Assembly: GCA_964530725.1 (NCBI GenBank)
Contig: CAZGYV010000001.1
Coordinates: 15,829-79,828, forward strand
Origin: an uncultured Candidatus Saccharibacteria bacterium
Lineage (GTDB): Bacteria > Patescibacteriota > Saccharimonadia > CAILAD01 > CAZGYV01
DNA: 64,000 bases
Direction of reading: 5' to 3'
The translations under genes and the position numbers were made by a program. Each line of letters begins with the position of its first letter. The first letter of the stretch is position 1. This document shows, one piece after another, positions 42,215 through 49,490 of the stretch. The notes beneath the pieces were generated by a model. That model made no database searches, was not told the DNA's origin, and worked only from the letters and a program-made list of their open reading frames with translations.

Positions 42215-43297
42215 CTATCTGGCTAGTTCCTTATTCAAATAGGCTTCGATAAACGGCTCGATCGCGCCATTCAAAACAGCGGCAACGTCCGAAGTTTCGC
42301 AGTCAGTGCGATGATCTTTGACCTTGGTGTACGGTTGCATCGTATAGCTGCGAATTTGCCGGCCCCAATCAGCACTCTTTAATTGGCCGCGGATCTGCGA
42401 GATATCAGCCAGGTTTTGCTCACGGGCATAGTCGCTCAGGCGCGAAGCCAAGATCGAGAGCGCTTTTTGCTTGTTTTTGAGCTGGCTGCGCTCGTTTTGA
42501 ATCGAAACTGTTATGCCGGTCGGCAAATGAGTCAGGCGCACGGCCGAATCAGTCGTATTAACGCTTTGGCCGCCATGTCCGCCAGCCCGATAGGTATCGA
42601 CGCGCAAATCCTTGTCGTCGATTGTGATCTCTGTTGGCGGAATCTCCGGCACGATATCGATAAGAGCAAATGAAGTCTGGCGCAAATTATCAGCGTTAAA
42701 AGGTGATAATCGCACTAAGCGGTGAACGCCCTTTTCGCTTTTGAGCTTGCCGTAGGCGAATTGGCCGGCTATCTCAAGAGTGGCGCTTTTTATACCAGCT
42801 TCCTCGCCGTAAGACACATCCACCAGCTCTGCCGATAAGCCGCTTTTTTCGCAGTACTTAACATACATCTCCATTAACATTTGCGCCCAGTCCTGAGCAT
42901 CAGTACCGCCGACACCGGCTGATATTTGCATGATAGCTGGTGATTTGTCATAAGTACCGGACAGCCTTAGATCAACTAGCATCGCCTTCACGTTTGCTTC
43001 TAGCGCTTCGGCTTGCTGCCGAAATTCCTCCTCCTGATCCGCCTCTGATATTTTCGCCAGTTCAAGGGTCGTCACTAGATCGTTTTCAATATCGCGCCAA
43101 GCCGCGACCGATTTCTTAATATCACTCGCTTCACGACTGATTTTTTCAGCTGCTTCACGATCACTCCAGAGACCTGCGGCAGCCATCTTTTCTTCTAGGG
43201 CTACCAACCTGGCCTCGTCGCCGGCGATATTAAGCGATTCGATCGCCCGGCGCACTTCTTCGAGTAATTTATTTAGTTTATCAATAACTGTTTTCAT
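42215..43297 (-). CDS. prfB: peptide chain release factor 2 (single uninterrupted ORF)
   Basis: SPF tripeptide (RLSPFNADN) and GGQ (RAGGHGGQSVNTTDSAVRLTH); 360 aa with no internal frameshift site. Confidence 0.9.
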   Translation of the reverse strand: MKTVIDKLNKLLEEVRRAIESLNIAGDEARLVALEEKMAAAGLWSDREAAEKISREASDIKKSVAAWRDIENDLVTTLELAKISEADQEEEFRQQAEALEANVKAMLVDLRLSGTYDKSPAIMQISAGVGGTDAQDWAQMLMEMYVKYCEKSGLSAELVDVSYGEEAGIKSATLEIAGQFAYGKLKSEKGVHRLVRLSPFNADNLRQTSFALIDIVPEIPPTEITIDDKDLRVDTYRAGGHGGQSVNTTDSAVRLTHLPTGITVSIQNERSQLKNKQKALSILASRLSDYAREQNLADISQIRGQLKSADWGRQIRSYTMQPYTKVKDHRTDCETSDVAAVLNGAIEPFIEAYLNKELAR

Positions 43298-43336
43298 TAG
43301 CTTTAATTATAACTTATTTAAGTGAATAGACGTTTA

Positions 43337-43373
43337 CCAAACAAAAGACCCCGCTTGTATTTTAAGCGAGGTC
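43337..43373 (-). terminator. rho-independent terminator of the surface-protein gene
   Basis: On the minus strand: GACCTCGCTT-aaaatac-AAGCGGGGTC followed by TTTTGTTTGG. Confidence 0.65.
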
Positions 43374-43399
43374 AAATGTTTTTAAGTTTTAAGTTTTAT

Positions 43400-44620
43400 T
43401 TATTTTTTCCAGCTGCGCAGGGCGTCTTTGAGGGCTTTTTTACCTTTCAGGTAAGTGTAGCCAACGTAGCTTAGACCGCTCATGCCCAGTACTCCGGCAC
43501 CGGCACTCTCAATACCAGTTTGTGGTATTTCGCCGCCGCCAGCAATCACTGGTGCGCTTGGCGTTGGGGTGATTACTTCACCAGGTGTTACAGGTGTTGG
43601 GGTTGGTGTAGGTGTAATCGATGGCGTGACTGTTGGAGTTGGAGTCGGGGTAATAGTTGGGGTTGGCGTAGGAGTCACGCTTGGAGTGGTGGTAGGAGTT
43701 GGTGTAGGCGTAACTTTCGGCTTTTTAACCTTGACGATCGCCTTGTCACAACCCTTTTGGTTGTCATTGGCAGTGAAGCAAGCTTCGTTGTCAATGTAGG
43801 TGCCACCTGGTGTGTTACCATCAACGTTGACAGTAATAGTAACGTCTTTGATTTGATTTGGAGCCACATCAGGGTAGTTGAAGTTAATTACCCGAGTGGG
43901 GTCGCCATTGGCGAGCTTCACTTCGGCTGGCAGCGGGTCGGTCATCTTAATACCGGTTAGCGCGCCAGTACCAACGTTGGTCATATAGACAACGTACTTC
44001 AGCTTGTCGCCAGCTTCGACTTCCAAGGCAGTTTCCTTGGTGTCGGCAGCGTAAGCGGTGTTGGCATCTTTACTGAGGTTGATAACACGCTTATAAATCT
44101 GGCCAAAAGGCTTGTTCATCGGCTTGATGGGGTTACCGCAAGACTTGATGATCGCCCAGTGGAAAGTACCACCTTCCATGCTAACAAAAGCTGGCAAGGA
44201 ATTGGAGTTAAACGATACGGCTGGCGGACGCATCCACAGCGAACCGTCTTTGGTCGAGTTCTGCAAGAACTCACGGCCGGAGCTAAAAACTCCAGTACCT
44301 ACTTGAGCACCGTTCACCCAGACAGAGCCGTCTTTGCGAACTTCGCCCTCGACGGTGTTCGGACTCATAATGCCGGCTTCGGTGATACCGCGGCCTTCAT
44401 TGTAATAAATCTGCTTGAGGTTGGCCGATGAATTCGCACCATCGCCACCATTAATTTTACTGATTAATTCTTGCTTATCAGCCGCGCCACATTTCATCAC
44501 AGCATTGCTGTCACAGTCGCGGGCAGCGTCAACTTTAACTAGTGGCAAGACTATCGAAGCCACCAGTAGCAAAGCGCTAACAATACCAATCAATTTGGTA
44601 CTAATTTTGCCTTTCTTCAT
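43400..44620 (-). CDS. sortase-anchored surface protein (PQTG sorting signal) with Thr/Pro linker
   Basis: Signal peptide (LIGIVSALLLVASIVLPLVKVDA), a DUF11-like beta domain, a (TP)n linker, and C-terminal IPQTG plus a hydrophobic stretch plus KGKKALKDALRSWKK. Confidence 0.8.
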   Translation of the reverse strand: MKKGKISTKLIGIVSALLLVASIVLPLVKVDAARDCDSNAVMKCGAADKQELISKINGGDGANSSANLKQIYYNEGRGITEAGIMSPNTVEGEVRKDGSVWVNGAQVGTGVFSSGREFLQNSTKDGSLWMRPPAVSFNSNSLPAFVSMEGGTFHWAIIKSCGNPIKPMNKPFGQIYKRVINLSKDANTAYAADTKETALEVEAGDKLKYVVYMTNVGTGALTGIKMTDPLPAEVKLANGDPTRVINFNYPDVAPNQIKDVTITVNVDGNTPGGTYIDNEACFTANDNQKGCDKAIVKVKKPKVTPTPTPTTTPSVTPTPTPTITPTPTPTVTPSITPTPTPTPVTPGEVITPTPSAPVIAGGGEIPQTGIESAGAGVLGMSGLSYVGYTYLKGKKALKDALRSWKK

Positions 44621-44665
44621 ATATTCTCCTACTCACCCTCGACTTTATTATTTAACGTAACTATT

Positions 44666-44694
44666 ATTCTACAAGACAAAAGCATTTTTGTCAA
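44666..44694 (-). promoter_or_regulatory. sigma70-type promoter of the surface-protein gene
   Basis: On the minus strand: TTGACA (44694-44689), a 17-nt spacer, then TAGAAT (44671-44666). An SD AGGAG lies in front of ATG 44620. Confidence 0.6.
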
Positions 44695-44713
44695 TACTTT
44701 TTTGTTATGTTTA
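44687..44713. repeat. left copy of collinear direct repeat flanking the high-GC block
   Basis: TTTGTCAA (44687-44694) and TTGTTATGTTTA (44702-44713). The same two words occur in the same order at 49428-49435 and 49448-49459. Confidence 0.6.
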
Positions 44714-44791
44714 AGGTTTGAGTTTTTACGTATCCGGTTCTATTAACTACTTTTTAATTAATAGAATTAGAGACGTGAAAATGGTTGGGGT

Positions 44792-44840
44792 GGGGACCCC
44801 CTTCTAGTCGTTTTTTGATAAACGCTAGAAGAGGGTCCCC
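44792..44840 (-). terminator. long GC-rich hairpin ending the high-GC operon
   Basis: GGGGACCCCCTTCTAGTCG / CGCTAGAAGAGGGTCCCC: ~17 bp with one mismatch and one bulge, 12-nt loop, 25 nt after the last stop codon. Confidence 0.55.
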
Positions 44841-44865
44841 TTGAACTTGTCAGAGGTGGTCTTGG

Positions 44866-45780
44866 CTAGTCGCCAAAACCGCCAATGTTTGTCGAGCCGT
44901 CGATGCCACCGGCCCCATCAGGGGCTTGGCCGGTTTGGCCGTGCCCCGCGTCGGGGTTGCCGGTGGCCTTGGTGCCACCGCCGGCGATTGAGCCACCACC
45001 ACCATTGCCACCACTAGGTGGCGGACTGGTTGGCGGAGGACTCGTCGGGGGCGGTGGGTTGTTCGGTGGAGGCGGTTGAGCGATTGGCGGCTGAGCTACC
45101 GTACCGCCGCCGCCAGCGTTGGCTGGAGGTACCGGTGAGGCTGGGCCAGCCTGAGTGGCTGGATTGCCTTGCGGTGCTGATGCAGGGTCTGCCTGCGGCT
45201 CGCCGGCCGGAGCCGAACCAGTTGCCTGACTCTGTGCCGCGTCCGCCGCCGGCTCGCCTACTACTGACGTAGCGGCTTCCGAGCTGACAGCCGATGGCGC
45301 ATCCTGGACAACAGCTGCCGGAGTCTCGGTGGGAGCCGGTGTGACCACCGTATCTCCTCTCAAGCTCCAGTTAACCACCGCACCAGCTACCAGCAGCGCG
45401 ACTGCCAGCAAACTGACACCCACGCGGCGACGGAACTGAGACCAGTCCCGCCGATCAGTCTCGGGCACCGTCTTGGGACGGGCCTTGACTGGTCGCACCA
45501 GCGTCAGGGGCTTGACCTTGGTCGCTGGCTCTGGGATTTCCGGTAGCAGCGAGACAACGTCTACGATCACGACATCCGAAAGGATGTGCGTGGTCGTCGC
45601 TGGCGGGCTAGCTGACTCGATGACAGCCAGCGCCATACTGGTCGTCGGCGAAGCTTCCTCTTCCTTGGTCGAACCGTAGAGCACCGGCAGCGCTGTGCTG
45701 TCGGGCTTGAGGAACGATTGCAGATCGAAGACCTGCGCTTCCGCTTCCTCGAACTTCGTGGCCGTCAGTGTCTCTGCCAC
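44866..45780 (-). CDS. membrane-anchored, Pro/Ala/Gly-rich disordered protein (304 aa), hypothetical
   Basis: GTG start after GGAGGggata, overlapping the upstream TAG (TAGTG). Central TM helix (VGVSLLAVALLVAGAVVNW), a long P/A/G/S/T-rich region, and a C-terminus GGIDGSTNIGGFGD. Confidence 0.55.
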   Translation of the reverse strand: MAETLTATKFEEAEAQVFDLQSFLKPDSTALPVLYGSTKEEEASPTTSMALAVIESASPPATTTHILSDVVIVDVVSLLPEIPEPATKVKPLTLVRPVKARPKTVPETDRRDWSQFRRRVGVSLLAVALLVAGAVVNWSLRGDTVVTPAPTETPAAVVQDAPSAVSSEAATSVVGEPAADAAQSQATGSAPAGEPQADPASAPQGNPATQAGPASPVPPANAGGGGTVAQPPIAQPPPPNNPPPPTSPPPTSPPPSGGNGGGGSIAGGGTKATGNPDAGHGQTGQAPDGAGGIDGSTNIGGFGD

Positions 45781-46082
45781 TATCCCCTCCTTCTCGTTTG
45801 GCGGCAACCAGACTTCTCGGCCCGACGCATGCTGCGCGCGAGTTTGGGATCTCGCATCAACATTCGCCGGGTGTCGGCCATGGCTTCACTCTCCCAGTGC
45901 TCTTGGCGCAACACGTCAAAGTGCTGGGTGATCTTGGCCTGACGTTCCTTGGCGGCCTTGGCGCGCTTGCTCTTTCGACGAGCCTTTTTCAGCCAGCGAG
46001 CGGCGTGAACCGCTACGACATAGCTGAAGATTAGCCCGAGTAATACGGCAGCAATCCAGAATTGAGCCGAGTTTTCACTCAT
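45780..46082 (-). CDS. small TM + highly basic protein (100 aa), hypothetical
   Basis: MSENSAQFWIAAVLLGLIFSYVVAVHAARWLKKARRKSKRAKAAKERQAK... The ATG lies 1 nt after the upstream TGA (TGAGATG). Confidence 0.5.
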   Translation of the reverse strand: MSENSAQFWIAAVLLGLIFSYVVAVHAARWLKKARRKSKRAKAAKERQAKITQHFDVLRQEHWESEAMADTRRMLMRDPKLARSMRRAEKSGCRQTRRRG

Positions 46083-46083
46083 C

Positions 46084-46593
46084 TCAACCCCCAAAGCTGC
46101 CGACGTTGGTCGATGTCCCCATCTGGCCATTGCCAGATGGGCCCTGGCGAGCGCCGCCGTAATTGGCGGTCTCGCCGTGTTGGGCGTCCGAGACGTGCTG
46201 CGAGCCCTTGCTCGAAGCGCCACCCGACGAACTACCACCAGGTCCTTGCTTGGGAGTGGACGACGATTTGCCACCTCCTCCACCTGGGGCCGGTGATTCA
46301 CCACTACCGTCTCCACCACTGCCGCCACCTGGTGGTGGCTCGGCTTCTGGAGGGGGTGCCGGCGGCAGTGTGGTCGGTGACACTGTTGTTGTAGGCGGCG
46401 TGGTCGTTGTTGTCGGAGCTACCGTTGTGGTGGTGGCTTCGGTCGATGACGGCGGTGCCGCGTCGCTTGCCGACATGGGGCGGACTGCCACCATCGCCAG
46501 CACCGTAATCCCAACGATCGCGGTCGTAACGATGAGAGCGATATTACGTACCCTCATCGGGTCAATGAAGCGCAAGGGTTGCAAGCGAGCCAT
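46084..46593 (-). CDS. membrane-anchored Thr/Pro/Gly-rich disordered protein (169 aa), paralog-like to 44866..45780
   Basis: SD GAAAGGG. N-terminal anchor NIALIVTTAIVGITVLAMVAV, then T/P and G/S runs, and a C-terminus GQMGTSTNVGSFGG. Confidence 0.55.
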   Translation of the reverse strand: MARLQPLRFIDPMRVRNIALIVTTAIVGITVLAMVAVRPMSASDAAPPSSTEATTTTVAPTTTTTPPTTTVSPTTLPPAPPPEAEPPPGGGSGGDGSGESPAPGGGGGKSSSTPKQGPGGSSSGGASSKGSQHVSDAQHGETANYGGARQGPSGNGQMGTSTNVGSFGG

Positions 46594-46704
46594 TGCTTGC
46601 CCTTTCTACTAGACAATATGTTGACAAGTTTCACTGCTTTTAAGGGATTTAAAAGCAGATTCAAGCCGTCAAGCAGTATTATACTCCTATCAAAGAATGA
46701 TTGG

Positions 46705-46745
46705 GTGACCCCTCCCATCTCAGGTAGTGAGACGAGAGGGGTCAC
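46705..46745 (-). terminator. perfect GC-rich hairpin inside the high-GC block
   Basis: GTGACCCCTC (46705-46714) pairs with GAGGGGTCAC (46736-46745), with a nested TCTCA/TGAGA stem. Lies 35 nt after the stop of 46780..47400. Confidence 0.5.
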
Positions 46746-46779
46746 AGTTGGACATGGACATGGGACAAGTTAGGTTTGC

Positions 46780-47400
46780 CTAGGCAACCTGGCTGCTGGG
46801 TGGAGCGAGCTGCTCCGTCGGCCGGTCGACCTCCTGGTCAGATGAGTCGGCTACCCAGCGGCGAAGACGGATAACCGTCTTCTGTAGCTGGGCGGCTAAC
46901 GCCAAACCGAGCAGCCCACCGGCCATCACCACCCCGAGGTAGATCCCCCAGGGAACGGCAAAGTCACGTTCAGTGGCAGCCTCGATGCTGTGCTCGAAGC
47001 TTCCAGCCAGCAGCCAGAACCCAAGCCAGGAGAGAACCGCACCGCCAATGATGAACAGTGCCATCAAGGCACCGCCAACACCTTCGCGGCCAATTTCGGC
47101 CTCACCGGTGATGCGGCTGAGTGCGATCTGCTCGATCCAGTTTCGCAACTGCACCAAGTAGTCGCTGACGCCGTGGATCTGTTGGTTGACCCCGGCAAGC
47201 CCCTTGGTGGTGTTCTCGTGCTGCCACATGAAGGCATCCCGGGTGGCCGGATCGGCTACCGCGTCGAACGGACTGGCTTGGGCCTGTGGCTGATTGGTGT
47301 CGTCGGCAGCACTTCCGCCACCTTCAGCACCATTCCAGCCGGTCCTCGCCTGCTCCTGGCCGTCGAGGACAGAGTCAACAAAGTCTGGTGTTATCTGCAT
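46780..47400 (-). CDS. two-TM membrane protein (206 aa), hypothetical
   Basis: Perfect SD (AAGGAGGaaatcATG). TM helices GGALMALFIIGGAVLSWLGFWLLAG and WGIYLGVVMAGGLLGLALAAQL. Confidence 0.55.
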   Translation of the reverse strand: MQITPDFVDSVLDGQEQARTGWNGAEGGGSAADDTNQPQAQASPFDAVADPATRDAFMWQHENTTKGLAGVNQQIHGVSDYLVQLRNWIEQIALSRITGEAEIGREGVGGALMALFIIGGAVLSWLGFWLLAGSFEHSIEAATERDFAVPWGIYLGVVMAGGLLGLALAAQLQKTVIRLRRWVADSSDQEVDRPTEQLAPPSSQVA

Positions 47401-47414
47401 GATTTCCTCCTTAA

Positions 47415-47981
47415 CTACATGCCCAGATCGGCAGCGACCCTTTTGATCGTCACTCGAGCATCCTCAGGCGACAAGCCGACGTTGGCCAAGCAGGCGTAAG
47501 CCAGCCTGACTGCTCGACTGTTGGCCTCATCCTCCGCACCATCGCGAAAACGTCGAATGGCCGCCTTGGCGGCAGACTCCTCGTTTTTCGCTATCTCGCG
47601 CTGCCGCTCGCTAATGTCGAGCAAGCGCTCAAGCTCAGCAATCCGAGCTTGCAGGAGACTCAACTCCTGCTTCATGTCACCGAGCAGACGACTGTCTTGC
47701 TCGAGAAGCTTGCGTTGCTTCTCAACGTGACCCTCCAGCTTTTTGGTGTAGTCGCGCCATTTGGTATCGATGGGCTGACGCTCCTCAAGGGGGTTGTCAG
47801 GCACAGGCTGCGGAGGCTCAGGCGGAGTCACCACCTCAATCTGGTCGGTGATCTCCTCTGACTCCACTGGCACCTCTACCGGCGGAACGTATTCAGCCGA
47901 CTGCTCTTCAGCAGCTCGGGCTTCGGCCTCAGCGGCTGCTTCAGCTGCGATGGCGTCCAACTCGTCCATGTCAAAATTCAT
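47415..47981 (-). CDS. acidic N-terminus + coiled-coil protein (188 aa), hypothetical
   Basis: Start MNFDMDELD after GGGAGcgaaa. Contains an EAAAEAEARAAEE run, a Pro-rich spacer and a heptad-like region KKLEGHVEKQRKLLEQDSRLLGDMKQELSLLQARIAELERLL. Confidence 0.5.
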   Translation of the reverse strand: MNFDMDELDAIAAEAAAEAEARAAEEQSAEYVPPVEVPVESEEITDQIEVVTPPEPPQPVPDNPLEERQPIDTKWRDYTKKLEGHVEKQRKLLEQDSRLLGDMKQELSLLQARIAELERLLDISERQREIAKNEESAAKAAIRRFRDGAEDEANSRAVRLAYACLANVGLSPEDARVTIKRVAADLGM

Positions 47982-48085
47982 TTTCGCTCCCAATGTAAGG
48001 AACTTCTCTTGAAGCTTTTGCCTCAGAGTCAGCCAAGGATTTTGAAAAATCCTCAAGCTGATTACTAACGCAAAATGCTAGGGCA

Positions 48086-48120
48086 AGGGATCGGGCACTC
48101 GATATGAGCACCCGATCCCT
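48086..48120 (-). terminator. perfect GC-rich hairpin after the first gene of the high-GC block
   Basis: AGGGATCGGG (48086-48095) pairs with CCCGATCCCT (48111-48120): 10 bp perfect, 15-nt loop. Confidence 0.5.
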
Positions 48121-48137
48121 CACTTACCCCTCCAACT

Positions 48138-49118
48138 CTACTCGCGCACAGTCTGCCGAATGGCCGTTTTCACCAGTCTGATGGCGGCGGTTGGCGTCAC
48201 TCGCCACTTTTCGACAAACACCGGATAGTGCTCGTCGATGAGACAACGGTAACCATCTTGTCGCTCCTGGGCGTGGCGCTCGGGGTCGTCATGCAGCTTG
48301 TGCAGATCGGCCCAGAGACCCTCAGTCGCGCGGGCAACATCACGACACTCGTCGTGCATTAACGCCCATGACAGCGGCTGCGGGCCAACCTTTCGCTTGC
48401 CACGGCGCTGGCTGCGCTTGGAGTCAGGATTAGGCAAGGTCGCCCGCCCGTCGATCAGAGCATTGAGCCTACCACGATCACGTGGCGGCATAGCCTGACC
48501 GCAGAGTGCGCAGTTTGGCACAGCCAGCCAGAGCATCGAAAGATACTTCTCCAGTCGCTCCTGAGTCCGCCGCGAAATGCGGTAAAACCGAAGCTCCGGA
48601 TTGGTTGCTCGTTGCTCAGGTGTCAGCAGTGCCCGCTCCTGATACCACTCGAATGAAACGCGAATCTCTTCGCGCGGATCGAGCAGATCGCGGTAGGCGA
48701 AGTTTCGCCCCCGCTGCTCGACTTCCTCTGGTATCCAGCCCGGGCCAGCCGTCTGTAGCACACTGATAGCCTCGGATAGCTTATCGACCAGCCTGTGGTC
48801 GACATCGCGTGGCTCGGGCGCTACTTGGAAGCGCCAACGCCACTCAGCCTCACGGCTGGTGAACGTCGGCTGCGGTCGAACGATCTCGGTCGAGGTGCTC
48901 GTCACGACCTTTCCCTCCTGATCATTCGCGATCTCGGCTTGGTTTTCCAGTGCCTGCCGCAGCAACGCTGCCTCGCTTGATATCAGCATCGAGTTGTCAC
49001 GCAGATCGCGCTTGACACCAGCCGACGGAGCGAGCTTGAGCAGCTCCTTCGGCGTAATGCCGAGGTCATCGGCTACCTTGTCGAGTCGCCGACGGACCGC
49101 AACTTGAGGATTACCCAT
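48138..49118 (-). CDS. hypothetical protein (326 aa), possible DNA-binding/regulatory protein
   Basis: SD AAGGAG. The N-terminus VRRRLDKVADDLGITPKELLKLA is HTH-like. Also has a Cys pair (CALCGQ) and a basic patch SKRSQRRGKRK. I recognise no family. Confidence 0.5.
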   Translation of the reverse strand: MGNPQVAVRRRLDKVADDLGITPKELLKLAPSAGVKRDLRDNSMLISSEAALLRQALENQAEIANDQEGKVVTSTSTEIVRPQPTFTSREAEWRWRFQVAPEPRDVDHRLVDKLSEAISVLQTAGPGWIPEEVEQRGRNFAYRDLLDPREEIRVSFEWYQERALLTPEQRATNPELRFYRISRRTQERLEKYLSMLWLAVPNCALCGQAMPPRDRGRLNALIDGRATLPNPDSKRSQRRGKRKVGPQPLSWALMHDECRDVARATEGLWADLHKLHDDPERHAQERQDGYRCLIDEHYPVFVEKWRVTPTAAIRLVKTAIRQTVRE

Positions 49119-49427
49119 TTATTTTCTCCTTATCTGGAGTTGATTCACCTGGGGGCCGGTGACGCCAAAAATTTAACGCCACAACGGGCACCGCAAGATG
49201 CCTCTATTCCATCGGAGAAAATCTGAAGAAAATCGGAAATCCGACTTGATTAAAGGGCAGAATGCTGCCGTCAATTAAGAAATAACAGCACGATTCCACC
49301 CTTCACTCTCGTCAAAATATTCCTGAGTGATATTTGAGTAGTTTTGGAGTATATTAATTTGCTAGCGTTTGTCACTCAATAACTTAGGTGAAAACGCCGA
49401 TGTTTTAATCTACTATATTTATCAATA

Positions 49428-49459
49428 TTTGTCAAGTGTTTCTAGGGTTGTTATGTTTA
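49428..49459. repeat. right copy of collinear direct repeat flanking the high-GC block
   Basis: TTTGTCAA (49428-49435) and TTGTTATGTTTA (49448-49459). On the minus strand the first word reads TTGACAAA (-35-like). Confidence 0.6.
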
Positions 49460-49490
49460 GCTAAATCAGCAGCAGTGCTGCTCGCCAAAA

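Larger units (their letters stand above)
44714..49447 (-). other. high-GC ~4.7-kb inserted block (six co-directional unknown genes), candidate horizontally acquired module
   Basis: GC is visibly well above the backbone. The block is bounded by AT-rich spacers carrying the direct repeats. All six genes lie on the minus strand with SDs, and three perfect GC-rich hairpins separate the sub-operons. Confidence 0.55.

Noticed and set aside
42215-43297. Looked for the programmed +1 frameshift site (CTT TGA C) usual in prfB, and for signs of UGA recoding (as in some CPR lineages)
   Set aside because: RF2 is encoded as one uninterrupted 360-aa frame. Many genes here end in TGA (including ftsE), and RF2 is present, so the code is standard. 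The absence of the frameshift is known in a minority of bacteria.
43560-43730. Short-period DNA repetition (ggtgttgg / ggagttgg / ggtgtagg units) that could look like a tandem repeat or CRISPR-like array
   Set aside because: It is the coding sequence of the (Thr-Pro)n linker TPTPTPTTTPSVTPTPTPTITPTPTPTV of the surface protein on the minus strand. There are no spacers and no repeat-spacer regularity. I saw no CRISPR array anywhere in the window.
46083-46328. N-terminal 82 codons of the 182-aa track ORF 45780..46328
   Set aside because: This part overlaps the 169-aa gene out of frame. An ATG at 46082 directly follows that gene's TGA (TGAGATG) and opens with a TM helix, so the real product is the 100-aa form.
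46163-46612. Long plus-strand ORFs in the high-GC block (46163-46612, 46990-47499, 45018-45272 and others) and in the TP-linker region (43482-43960)
   Set aside because: These are shadow ORFs typical of high-GC or low-complexity DNA. They lack SDs, run antisense to SD-preceded, translationally coupled minus-strand genes, and encode featureless G/P/V/W-rich strings.
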